DNA from: the human T2T-CHM13v2.0 reference genome, Homo sapiens | Length of the DNA stretch: 64,000 nt | Assembly (NCBI RefSeq): GCF_009914755.1 | Contig: NC_060938.1 | Strand: one strand, 5' to 3' | Part shown: positions 1 to 11,351 of the stretch, piece by piece | Layout of the letters: every line of letters starts with the position of its first letter | How positions within the stretch are numbered: position 1 is the first letter of the stretch | The notes under the pieces: model-generated | Seen by the model: the letters and a program-made list of their open reading frames with translations, nothing else | Database searches by the model: none | What the model was told of the DNA's origin: nothing | Translations under genes and position numbers: made by a program

Positions 1-71
1 CTCATTCTAAGGTACTGTGAGTTAGGGCTTCAACCTGTGAGCTTGCAGAGGGGCACAATTTAGCCCATAAC
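1..71 (-). mobile_element. MLT1 (MLT1B-like) MaLR LTR 5' end, cut by window edge
   Basis: Reverse complement reads gttatgggctaaattgtgcccc...gttgaagccctaac...cagtaccttagaatg, matching the MLT1 LTR start. Confidence 0.7.
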
Positions 72-456
72 GGGGTTGGCTTATGAGACTAACTTCTGAT
101 TAGCTAAATGAGATGGAAAAGGTAAGTTGAAATTGGAGGAGAGGCAGGGGAAGGAAATATCCATAGTGTTTTGCCCAAGAGAACACTTCTGAAGTATGCT
201 TTGGTTTAGGGGACTCTCCCTGCCCATGGGCAGTATTCAAGCACTGATGGGGTAGGAGTGAGACGACATCATGGACAAGGGCCCTAATAGGCAGGAGATG
301 CTTATTTTCTAATTTTGCCTAGAAATACACTACCTGGACCCCATAGTAATATACAGCAATAATTTGAACTACGTTTTCTAAAAGAAGAATGCCGTCTGAC
401 ATAAGACGGACCAAGAAATCATTAAAATCAAATGAAAACAGAATCAAATACCCCAG

Positions 457-635
457 CAGTGACTCTCAATTCTCCCTATGCATCAAACTCTGTTATCAAA
501 CTTTAAGAAATAAACATATAGAGACTTGGCCTTTATCCCTGGGGATTCTGATAGAGTAAGTCTGTAGTGGGGTCTTGTATATTTTTTACAGTTCCATAGA
601 TGATTCTAGTGTCCAGTCATAGTTAAGAGACACTG
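457..635. mobile_element. MER5-family hAT-Charlie element
   Basis: cagtg...ctcaa start, ggattctgat core, gatgattctagtgtccag...gagacactg end. Confidence 0.55.
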
Positions 636-1189
636 GCAAATCTTCACACAGTGGAGTTGTCTATATGTGCAATTGAACACAGGTGAATTCACTCCAAGAG
701 CTCAGAGAGAAATGTGAGTTTGAGAATGCCAGGTATTTTCTGTAACCATGCGACTCATGGCACACAAGCCCTGGAGTATGTGTGACCAGGAGACTGAAGC
801 AGGGAACCCACTTTCCTGTGACGGCCAGAGTGTGAGTGCTGCCACACCACGTGTGAGAGGCTGATGTTTTAAGTAGATATTTTTGTACATCATGGTTCTT
901 AATTCAAGCCAACAACTTCATCTGGTACTCAACTGAAGAAACAGCAATTCGTATTCCAGTTCTGGAGGAGAGATTGTCTAGGTTGGCCTTATTCAGAAAT
1001 TGGTAAATCGGAATTCAGCAAGGCCCCTTTCAAGAGATTTTTAAGCCTCATTTTTGACTGTATGAGAATTACTCCTTAAAAGCTAACTTTAGAGTCTAAT
1101 CTCTATGCAAGATATAATTCCACTGTATTAATTTCACATACCTTGTAAAAAGGAACATTCCAACCTTGCTTTAAACTGAGTGTTCTAAA

Positions 1190-1930
1190 CTATTTTATTC
1201 CTCCAACATTGCATGAATATTTATAAGTGCTTACCATGTATGACGATTGCATGAGCAAGACACAGAACTCCCCACGTTTATAGGGTTGCGTTATCATTGT
1301 GGAGAAAGGGATGAAAAGCAAATAATATACTGTACATGAGGTGGTTAAAAGTAGACTAAGGAAAGGCCAGGCGCGGTGGCTCACGCCTGTAATCCCAGCA
1401 CTTTGGGAGGCCGAGGCAGGCGGATCATGAGGTCAGGAGATTGAGACCATCCTGGCTAACATGATGAAACCCTGTCTCTACTAAAAATACAAAAAATTAG
1501 CTGGGCAAGGTGGCGGGCGCCTGTAGTCTCAGCTACTCGGGAGTCTGAGGCAGGAGAATGGTGTGAACCCAGGAAGCGGAGCTTGCAGTGAGCCCAGATC
1601 AAGCCACTGCACTCCAGCCTGGGTGACAGAGCAAGACTCTGTCTCAAAAAGAAAAAAAAAAAGTAGACTAAGGAGTGGTAGGGAGGTAGTAGGAAAATGA
1701 GAAGAGTGCGGCCTCCTGGTAGCCAGTACAGGAAGCGTTTCAAGAAGGAAAGAAAGATCAAATGTTTGGGATCAGATGTTCATGTCAGGCAAATAACAGG
1801 AGCACCTGGAGTTGACCACTGGATTTGGCAACAAGAAGGTCATGATGACCTTGACAAAGGCAGTTCTGAAGGAGCAACAGGAATAAGAGGGTCTGACTGA
1901 AGGGGGTTCAGAGAGAGAAACACTGTGTAG
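1190..1930 (-). mobile_element. L2 fragment interrupted by AluY
   Basis: ttgaccactggatttggcaacaagaaggtcatgatgaccttgacaaaggcagtt is a typical antisense L2 segment; gaatatttataagtgcttaccatgta resembles the L2 3' end. Confidence 0.65.
1365..1662 (+). mobile_element. AluY, full length
   Basis: Y diagnostics gagaccatcctggctaac, ggagaatggtgtgaacc, ggagcttgcagtgag; TSD aaaagtagactaagga. Confidence 0.95.
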
Positions 1931-3134
1931 TACATACTCCTTAGAGGAAAGATGCATTTTTTAAAATGTCCACTTTCAATTCAAGGCTGGGACAAACTCC
2001 ATATGTGAAGTGATGTGTGAAGGGGAGAGGACAGGTCGGTTCACCAATGTGGGCTGATCTAGACCAAGGCACTCTGACCTTGGGATCTATCTCCCCATTC
2101 TCTTCAAATGCCATTTTCCACTGTCCTTTTCCCTTCAAGGTCTACTGATCGTTGGTTCAAATCCTGCTTGACACCACCTCTAGCAAAGCCCAAATCACTT
2201 CATTTCCTGTTATGTATTTGCACTGTGAGCCTTATTGCAAAATGAGATGTAAGACACGCTGTCTCCCACTTTGCGAGGATGTCTTGCATTTGCAGCAGGA
2301 AGGAGAGGCTTTCCAGGTCAAGGAATCTTCCCAATGACTCCTCAAATCCAGCGGTATCTGCAGCTGCCCATGTGGCCTGTGGATAAGGCTCGGCTCGCTA
2401 AAGCAAGCCTTAAGTGTTTCTAAAAAAGGAAAACCAAAATGAACCCAAACAGAGAGGAACAACCTAACAGGTTTCTTCCCTGAGTGACGGGGAGGAGGTA
2501 GCAGGCTTCATCTTTCCTCCTCTGAGAGGCACTAATGCTTTAGGGCCTCAAAGAATGCCCCAATTTATACAATTCATTTCTACAGCATTAAGCCTGAATG
2601 GCATTTGGTGGCAGATAAAGTCGCTCTGTGTCACACAGTGGAAGGCTGTGTGGCCAGATCTTGTTTAGAATTACATTTAAAACCTGGAAATCAAATGATA
2701 TGTCCAGATAACTTCTGTGGTAAGCCCCAAACCAGTTATGCTTCAGGTTAAGCCTCTGCATTTTTAAACAACATGCCTTTTATTCTCTCTAGGCCAATAC
2801 TCGGACCTTCCTGCCAGCAATATCAAATAGCAAGAGGCTGAATGTACCCTCTGTGTGTGCATTAAAGGATAAACAGCCGAAGGAGGCAGTGCCTCTCTGC
2901 TGAGAAAATCTCCATCTTTGATATCTCTCCTCTACAAACACATCAATCAAAATAGCTCATTTCCTCTTGATTTCTGGAGTTATTTTCTAATTCTTAAAAT
3001 TTTACAAACAAACAAAAACTAAACAAACCTAAAACATCCCATCACCCTGAGCAAACAGAGCTCTTAGTTTTCTGAATTTCTTTTTCTTATGTCTCACTCT
3101 TGAACAGACCTTTCCTTCTTGAAGGATGTCCTCC

Positions 3135-3269
3135 TTTTTTTTTGTATTTTTAGTAGAGACAGGGTTTCACCGCATTAGCCAGGATGGTCTCGATCTCCTG
3201 ACCTCGTGATCCATCCGCTTCGGCCTCCCAAAGTGCTGGGATTACGGGCATGAGCCACATCACCCGGCC
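3135..3269 (-). mobile_element. AluY-type left monomer only
   Basis: Left arm with ttagccaggatggtctcgatctcc; flanked by direct repeat ggatgtcctc (3124-3133, 3270-3279). Confidence 0.9.
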
Positions 3270-4715
3270 GGATGTCCTCTTATAACATCTTGCTTCTCAG
3301 GGTCTCAGAGAGTTTGAGTGCACTAGGAAAATGGACAGACCTTCCTGGTGGCTTTCCGGGGCAAGAGAATAATCCCATCTTGGCAGCAAAGACAGAAAAG
3401 TAACACGATTTGTTTATGTTATTGAATGTTCGTGTTATTGCCAAGGAAACCAGGGCGTATGAGACAATGCAATGTCTTGAGCAAACTTGGAGACATAAGG
3501 CTGAGGGGGCTTGTGATGATGTATATCCCCTGTGTATAAGTCCTATTTCCTTGGGAAAAAGTCTGGCCCTCCCTTCTGCCTCCCATTAAGGCACCTCCTG
3601 TTAGGCACATGTGCTCATGGTCATACCAGGCACCAGGAGAAGCCTTTAAGCATCTACCGTGGTTTCCTGTGGGCAGTGGGATCAGCTTCCATTTAAGGTC
3701 ATGGCTCATGAAGGAGTAGCTAAGATTTCCTTCTGCACATGCTTCCCTAAAGCAATACTTGATTCAGAGAAGAAAAGGTATAAGCTGGGACACTGAGCAC
3801 ATTTCAGTCCACTGGGGACAGGGACACACCATTTGTAGAACTCCACTATGCATCATTTTATTACTTTAGAAGTAAAAGAAGAATTTTTTTCTTCATGCAA
3901 AAAAATGTTGCAGTAGATTCTCTTGCTAAAAGAGTCATTTAAATATTACTGGTCACGTCACATTGTAGTTGTTTGGAAATAATTATATCCATATCACAGA
4001 CAGTAAATAATAGATGTGCGTTCACTAACATTTTATTCATGTTCTGTTTTAATATGGCAAACTTAGAAGTAATTTAATCTCCCAGTAAATTGAAGTGGTG
4101 GGGGGTTCTTCACACAGAAGACTGCAAGTTATTAATTCCGGGCAGTCTTCATCTTGTACAATTAGTCACTGTTTGCAGCTGGAAATGTTTTATTAATTTT
4201 CCATAGCAGTTGATTTTCCACAGTTTTCTCAGTTTAAATTAAGCAGTAAGAGCTGCTGTTTCTTCTTAAATACATTTTCTTTCCACAAAAATACATGCCT
4301 CTGGCTATGTCAATTTTCCCATTTGATTAAAGTGCCAGCAGGCAATTAATAACTTAATGCATTTTAAAGTACTTTTGGAAAAAGTAATTTGAATAGCCAA
4401 ACTTGTGTATTTGAATGGATTGTTACAGAAGATTTAATAGGCATTGGAAAATCCTGGAACCTTGGGAAGGACGAAATGAGGCCCGCAAACTGTGTCTGGG
4501 GACCTGTGGGGTGGTCTTCATGAAACGCCCGCCATGGAAGGCTTTCAGCTCCAAGAAAGGCACTGGCACTCACACTTGGGGGGCTGATGATTGCCACTGT
4601 CCAGGAGGCTAAAGGAAGAAAGGCAACCACGTGAGTATATGGCAGACTCAGGGCTATGATGGTATGGTCTGAGGAGGAAAGTGTCTAGGGAAAGCCATCT
4701 AAAAGCCAGTGAGAC

Positions 4716-5062
4716 AACATGAATAAACCTTGAAGACACGATGCTCAGTGAAATAAGTCAGACACAAAAGGATAGATATATGTTGCACCTGTATGAGGTT
4801 CCCGGGATCACCAAATTCATAGAGATAAAAAGTAGAATGTTGGTTGCCAGGGGCTGGTGGGAGGAGGGGATGGGGAGTTAGCATTTAAGAGGGATAGAAT
4901 ATCAGTTTGGGATGATGAGAAAGTTCTAGAGATGGATAGTGGTGATGGTTACACAGCAATGTGACTGTACTTAATGCCACTGGGTCACACCCTCAAAAAG
5001 GGTTAAAATTGTAACTTTTATGATAAACATTTTACCACAATTTTACAAAAAGCAAAAAAAAA
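4716..5062 (+). mobile_element. L1MB-type 3' UTR fragment
   Basis: agtgaaataagtcagacacaaaagga...agtagaatgttggttgccagggg...gttctagagatggatagtggtgatggtt...ttttaccacaat plus A-rich tail. Confidence 0.85.
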
Positions 5063-5324
5063 GCAATGACGCTTATTCTTACATTCATGATGTCATCACA
5101 TTCATGACTCATAGTATTATCTGTGGTGAGAATTAGCAGCTTCTGCCTGGCAGTGGCATCTCCAGCTGACCTCCATTTAACTGACTCAGAGGATCCATCC
5201 ACCCACACTCCCTTCCAGCTGTAGAACATTTTCGATTGAGGGTCCGGCAAGCTGAAAGCTCAGCATCAGTGCCTGTGCTCATGCGTTCTGCTCCCCCTCG
5301 TTTGCTGTATGCCTCCTGAGATTC

Positions 5325-5713
5325 AGCTAGGTTTGGCTGTGTCCCCACCTAAATCTCATCTTGAACTGTAGTTCCCGTAATGTCCATGTGCCGTGGGAGG
5401 GCCCCAGCGGGAGGTAATTGAATCATGAGGGCCGTTACCCTCATGCTGTTCTCGTGATCGTCAGTGAGTTCTCACGAGATATGATGGTTTTATAAGGGGC
5501 TTTTCCCCTCTCCCCCACCCCCTGCTTCACTCTGCACTTCTCTTTGCTGCCACTGTGTGAAGAAGGACATGTTTGCTTCCCCTTACACCATGATTGTACG
5601 TTTCCTGAGACCTCCTGAGCCATGCTGAGCTGTGAGTCAATTCAACTCTTTCCTTTATAAATTACCTAGTCTTGGGTATATCTTTATTAGCAGTGTGAGA
5701 ATGGACTAATACA
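5325..5713 (+). mobile_element. THE1 (THE1C-like) MaLR solo LTR
   Basis: ggtttggctgtgtccccac...gaggtaattgaatcatg...ggactaataca terminus. Confidence 0.92.
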
Positions 5714-5729
5714 GTTCCCAAACCTGTTC

Positions 5730-6100
5730 ACACCTGGTTGTTTTAATTATGCAATTTTATTAAATATTACATAAGCTGATGAAATGTGAGCTCACAAAGA
5801 CAAAGAGTTGTTTTTATGAAAACCAAGTTGAATACCTTTGTAAAACCTGATAAAGGTGAGCCCTAAAAAAATATTGCAGATGTACTAGGTATGGACAAAG
5901 TAAAGTTAAAGCTTGTGGGAAAATCATAAAAAACTTCAAAAGGATTCTGAACTTAGGTTGCTTTACAGGTGTCTTTAGGTTTTTACTTCACTTGAAAGAG
6001 ACTGAAAGTGGAAATCATGCATGAGGTAGTATGGCCCTGTTTTAAGCCAGTGCGATGACTGGAGCTTCAGCAGAGTCATATGCCACAGTAAGGCCTTGAG
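5730..6100 (+). mobile_element. Old TcMar-Tigger transposase 5' remnant
   Basis: Manual translation RQRVVFMKTKLNTFVKPDKGEP*KNIADVLGMDK and KRLKVEIMHEVVWPCF resemble the psq and CENP-B HTH domains of pogo/Tigger transposases. Confidence 0.6.
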
Positions 6101-7424
6101 TCACTGCCCAATTGCATTGGATAAAATAACTTTCACCAAACTTTCAAGCATGGGAGCAGAGCTAACCAATATTAATTTACATGTCAAAGCCAATCGCTTG
6201 GTAGTAAGTAATTAGCATGCTGTGTTGAGAAGTATCCTGAAATTACATCTGGACTCAGTAAGCAGGAGTCCAGATGAACAATGTTTTCCAGGGGCGTTCA
6301 AGGGAAGCAGAGTGAATAAAGTGCCATATATTCACCATGACTGATCTAGAAAAATAGATAAGCACAAATTTAAAACCAAACATTAGCTGCTATTTTTTTT
6401 TAACTTCCTGCTGGATCTAAGCCCAAGTCTACTTTTATTCTCACAAAATGGCATAAGTCATCCAAAGCACCCTTGTTATTTCCAACACTAGAACTACTTA
6501 CTCATGATCAGAATGAAATGCCCTTTGCCTTATAGAGGAGTAAACCAGGTTTCACCGATCCTGTTGACCGACCCCAAGACTCTGCTGGAAAATTATATCC
6601 TATACACAAATCATCTTTCTAAAGAAATGTCAACGATGTTGACAATTGTGTTGGATTTCTTTTGAAGAGTCCACTGTTGGGGACTAGCCAGTTAATTAGC
6701 TAACTGCTTTTAGTTAACTGCTTGGAGAAAGGTGTAAAGTGCTTTTAAAAAATGTTTTGAACAATAACATTTTGTGTCTGGGAAGCGGTGTTAGATTATT
6801 TTTCTTGCACTGAACTGGTATGTTTCTGACAGCCCTTATGTAGATATTGGATCATGTTCCTCGTCTCAGGAGAGAAAGGAATGGTGATTTATGTTGTGGG
6901 TATCAGTTTTTCACATGTCTTACAGTGTGATATGCACCAGCTGAGGGCTTCAATCCACTTAGTGAAATAGGAAATGGCTGCTGCCTTGAATTGGTTTTTT
7001 AAGTCATGAAATAAGAGAATTAGTACCAGCACAAGCGATTGCTGAGAACCTGAAGGTGAGTTAATGTGCCATGTTTATTATCAAGCATCAGAAAGTCAGT
7101 CTGGGTTTGTGTTTTAGAGAACTTCTGAGAGGAGAAAGAAGAATTCGAAACTGTCAAATCATTTTCCTCCTCAGGAAACTTCTTTTACTTAGGCTTTTTC
7201 TCATTTTTTATGCCTTATTTCTTTGGCCATCCAATTTAAGTGTGTTTTGTTGTTGTTTTATAGGTTTTTGTACAAAAGGGGGGCTATTAACTATATCTCA
7301 GTATATCAATAAGTTTCTAAGTTCTAGGTCTCTGAGAAAATCTGTCGCAGCTTTTCTCGCCTAAAAAAATTTTAGTAACTTAATAGATAACAGAACTGTA
7401 ATGAACTACAAAAAGGAGCTCTAT

Positions 7425-7946
7425 CTGTTAAGATTAGCTTTGGCTGCATGCAATAGCATGGACTAAACAAACAAAGGCTTAAACGAGATGAAAGTATTTT
7501 TCTTTCACACATAATAGTAGTCAAGACCATAACATCATGTTGTAAATCTCAAATATGCACTATAACATTTATTTAAAAAAAAATAAGTCAAGGGAAGGCA
7601 ATCCAGGGCTGATACAGCGCTCCATGGTCATCAGGGACTAGTTATGCTAGCTTGCTGCCCTGCCATCATTTGTGTTGTGTTCCACAGTGGCTGCTCAATT
7701 CCCAGGCATCATGTCCAAGAAAAGAAGAGTGCACCCTCTCCCTTTGAGGGCACTTCCCAAAAGTTGCACACAACATGTCTTTTTATATATCATTGGCCAG
7801 ACTGTAATCATTTGGCTATGCCTAACTTCAGGGGAGATTGAAGAGCAAATTCTTTTGACTAGACGACATGTCTAGCTAAAAATTAAGATTTTTTTTTAAT
7901 TTAAAAAAAAAAAAGAATATTGGAGGTAAATAGCATTCTTGTCCCA
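7425..7946 (-). mobile_element. MLT1J-like LTR
   Basis: agattagctttggctgc...ggcttaaacgagat...tcattggccagactgtaatcatttggctatgcctaacttcaggggag. Confidence 0.7.
7526..7584 (+). mobile_element. Very short L1MA-type 3' tip inside the MLT1J-like LTR
   Basis: aacatcatgttgtaaatctcaaatat plus A tail, flanked by agtcaag repeats. Confidence 0.6.
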
Positions 7947-9409
7947 GGGAAGCATTCCTAATCTATGAGAACAATTTTAGAGAAGGCAACTTTTATACTT
8001 ATACCTTCCAAGTTCCCTTGAAGATATTATGAGACTACATACATATTGGGGTGGATGGATCCTTGGAGAGATTCAGCCTGTAATTTCTGCACTAGAATTT
8101 TGTTTGTAAAGTACTTATGCTCCTGTCGCCACCACCATCTTCCCACCAGCCATGAAATGTTTTGTCTGCTTCAAGGAGGCAAGTTTAGAAAGCTTTGGCA
8201 AGTTTTATCTTACTGTGCTTCGCAGGGGAGTCCCAAACCATCTGTGTCCTACCACTCTATTCCCAGAAGTTTTCTAGACAAGAAATCAATGGTCTCTTAT
8301 TTTTCAACCCGAAAAATGAAAAGAAAGTAATATAAATTGCCATCTATTTGTTGAAAAAGTATAGAAGTCAAGTGATTAAATGTAGAATCTAGGCAGGTTG
8401 CCATTTCTTTCTGCCACCTTTGAGTGCTGGTGTTTGTTTTTTCTATGTTGGGTATTCCTCCTTCCTTTCTTCCTCCCTCTTTCTCGTTTCTTCCTTCCTT
8501 CCTTAACTCATCACAAAAGAAATTCATCAGCGTTAGTGCACGATTCCTGACAAATGCAAAGGCTCCCATCTCTGATTTTTGGTTGTTGATGCAAGAGAAT
8601 GCCCACGGTTTGGGCAGTGGGTGGGAGCAGCTGTCTGCTGCAGGCTCTGGCATTAGGCCACCCATCCAGGTATTTTCCATTGCCCCTGTCCCTATTCCAC
8701 TGCCAGACATGGCTAATTTAGGAAGAACATCTCTTTTCTGACTTTCCTAAGGCTTTTTCCTCCGGTGTTGTGCCTCTGCCAGTTTCCCCTGAGCTCTCTT
8801 GCATTGATTCCCAAAGACACCATCAATATCTAAGCTTCTCCCTTTGTTCTGCGGCTTGCAAATGTTAAGCACGGGGCAACTTTTCTGAAAAGTTAAGTGG
8901 AAAAGGTGAGTTAGTCTGTTGGATATATAATGCCCTTTACTCTTGGTTAAGGGAAAGAGCGTTCTAAGCAATAATTTTAAATCCTCTTCAATGAGTACCT
9001 TGAAGCAATGAAAGGAGTAGGAAAAAGTAAGCTTGGTGGACAGCATTAAGCAATTACCACTGAAAATTATTTAAGCTTAAATAACTAAAATAATTTATTT
9101 TATAAAATCACACCAAGTAATGGAAAGGATTCTGCATGGTCAATTTGCTTTCTCATGCAGCAATTGAAGAGGTAAGCAAAAATGTTGAATTCTAAAAGTC
9201 CCAACTTAGTGAATTAATATAGATTTGGGGGTAGCATTAAATACCTGAAGACGATGATGAGTCATGGCTGCACTGGATTGGCAAATGGGATTAAATGATT
9301 TTGAGTGATACAAAAACCTAATACAATGAAATCAGTGAGTCTTGCATGATGATGACCTTCTCCCCCACTTCTTCTGCCGTAAAATGAATGCTTTCCAGTA
9401 TTATAGAGA

Positions 9410-9606
9410 ACCACTAGAGCACAATGATTAAGAACATGGGCTCTGGAGCCAGACTGCCTGAGTTTGAATCACAGTGCTGCCACTTACATTCTTGGGTAAG
9501 TTAACTGAGCGCTCTGTACCTCAGTTCCCTCATCATTAAATGGAGACAATGTGTCAGTTGCTAGTGTAAGTGCTTAGCATAGGGCCTTGTATGCAGGAAG
9601 CACTAT
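9410..9606 (+). mobile_element. MIR
   Basis: gggctctggagccagactgcctgagtttgaatc...ctcagttccctcatcattaaatgg. Confidence 0.85.
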
Positions 9607-9892
9607 CTGAGATATTTCTATCTGTTACACATGAATTCTTTGCTCTGCCTTTGCCCCAGATGTCTTTGGGACTGTGAGCTCTGGACAAAGGGCATTCATC
9701 AGCTTGCTGGATGCAGAGTTCCTCATAGCAGGAAGCTCATATTCCATTGTTCCCCACCATTCTTGGAGTGTGGGGAAAATCATGCATGGTATGCTAGAGA
9801 AGGGAAAGTGTCTTCTCATCGCACTCTGACTGTTCAGGATGTTCCTATTATGTGAAGAAGTTCACTGGCTGCCTCTTCTTGCCTTTAGGAAT

Positions 9893-10190
9893 CCATTCGA
9901 TAAAGACTGATTGAGCATCTGCCATATGCCTGCCCCCAGTGAAGCACTGGTGATACTGAGATTGACAGGCACTGCCTGATCTAGGGGCTGCAGTGAGACA
10001 TACAGCATGAGACAAGCAAATAGAGGCAAGCGCACACTGTCATGAGAGCCCAAGGGATACACCAACTGGGCTTTAGAAGGATCAAGACTTTGCCCAGAGG
10101 GTGACATATTTAATTAAATGTTATACAGTTGATGGAATTTTCCAGATAGACAAGAAGGGATATGGCAGAAGAAACCAAGCACCAAACTTC
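9893..10190 (-). mobile_element. L2 3' fragment
   Basis: ccattcgataaagactgattgagcatctgccatatgcc...cccagagggtgacat. Confidence 0.6.
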
Positions 10191-10499
10191 CCAGATGTGA
10201 CTAGTTGGGGAACAAGTCATGTGCTATGGATCTTACTCTAGTATTAGGGTACCCCTCTGTCAAGGCTGTGACTGGTCTATTTGGCACATTTCTAGTGAAG
10301 ATGAGAGAGTACAAGAGTGGTGAGTGGAGCACGGGCTAGACCAGTTCCTATTGAATCCCAGGCTGGAGCACCACACGCTTTGATCCTGCACTGTGGCTCC
10401 TGCCGCTCTGTTACAACGTGTTGTTGTCTTTCTCCTTGAGGTCAAGGACTCCATCTGACTCTTCTCTATATATAACCCCTGGAACAGCATCTCAGATTG

Positions 10500-10706
10500 G
10501 AGTTCTCAGACCACCTGCATCAGAATTGTATGGGGGCCACGTTTAAAAACACAGATTCCCACCCATAGCCAGCTCTACTGAATCAAATGTATGAGAGTGA
10601 GTGCTGGAAGTCTTCATTTTTAATAAGGAACTGGGGTAGAAATACACTTTTGTAAACATATTTTGCAGCTAATTCTAATGCACATTTTAGTAAGGAAATC
10701 ACCACT
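10500..10706. mobile_element. MER5A-like element
   Basis: ccacctgcatcagaat...ctactgaatca...aattctaatgcacat. Confidence 0.55.
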
Positions 10707-11169
10707 ATAGGACCCAGTAGACAGCCTAGTATATTATAGATATTCAATAAAAGTTTAATAAATGAAAGACCAAGTTAATACGTTGGAGGAGAATGTGATG
10801 CAGACAGGGCAGGGCAGGGCAGAGCAGAGGAATGGAAAGGCCTTCAAATAGGACAATGGGCAGCTTCTTCCATCAAAGGAAGGGTTGAGCTCCTCGTGGG
10901 GAAGCTGGGATGATATGGGCCATGCTGAGGTCTCTGCTCTCCAATGAGGGTTCTAGATGGAAACTGTGACTCAGAGCCCTCTTCTGCCCCTTGTCCCAGT
11001 CTCCTGTTTCTGTCCTTGCCCTCCACAAGGCAGCTTTTCCGTAGTTGCTTCTACAGGGCAGAGTCAGCCACACATTCATCTTCAGAGAGCAGACATCACT
11101 ACAACTTCAAGGCTCGAAGTGGCTACCTCCACCCTGGCTTCTAACGCTCCTTTGTATGCTCTTAAAAGA

Positions 11170-11229
11170 GTGTGTGTGTGTGTTTGTGTGTGTGTGTGTA
11201 CACACATACACATACATATATATATATAT
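11170..11229. repeat. Compound (TG)n/(CA)n/(TA)n microsatellite
   Basis: Directly visible dinucleotide runs. Confidence 0.95.
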
Positions 11230-11232
11230 CTC

Positions 11233-11305
11233 CAACTTAGGTGGAGCTGGAGGCCATTATTCTAAGTGAAGTAACTCAGGAATGGAAAACCAAATACATT
11301 ATGTT
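11233..11305 (+). mobile_element. 73-bp L1PB 3' UTR fragment (inverted relative to the adjacent L1)
   Basis: ggagctggaggccattattctaagtgaagtaactcaggaatggaaaacc. Confidence 0.88.
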
Positions 11306-11351
11306 TCATACATACATATGTGTTACGTTATTTATATATGTTATACATATA

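Noticed and set aside
1456-1761. 101-aa ORF and similar ones (19537, 24210, 32669, 49437, 50403, 50512, 52125, 54306, 61336) with [18 protein letters not shown] motifs
   Set aside because: Translations of Alu sequence, not genes.
4117-4150. 9-bp inverted repeat gaagactgc/gcagtcttc
   Set aside because: Several stems of this size are expected by chance in 64 kb; no extension.
8297-8741. Overlapping 137-aa and 105-aa ORFs
   Set aside because: Kept open by a low-complexity (CCTT)n-like tract.
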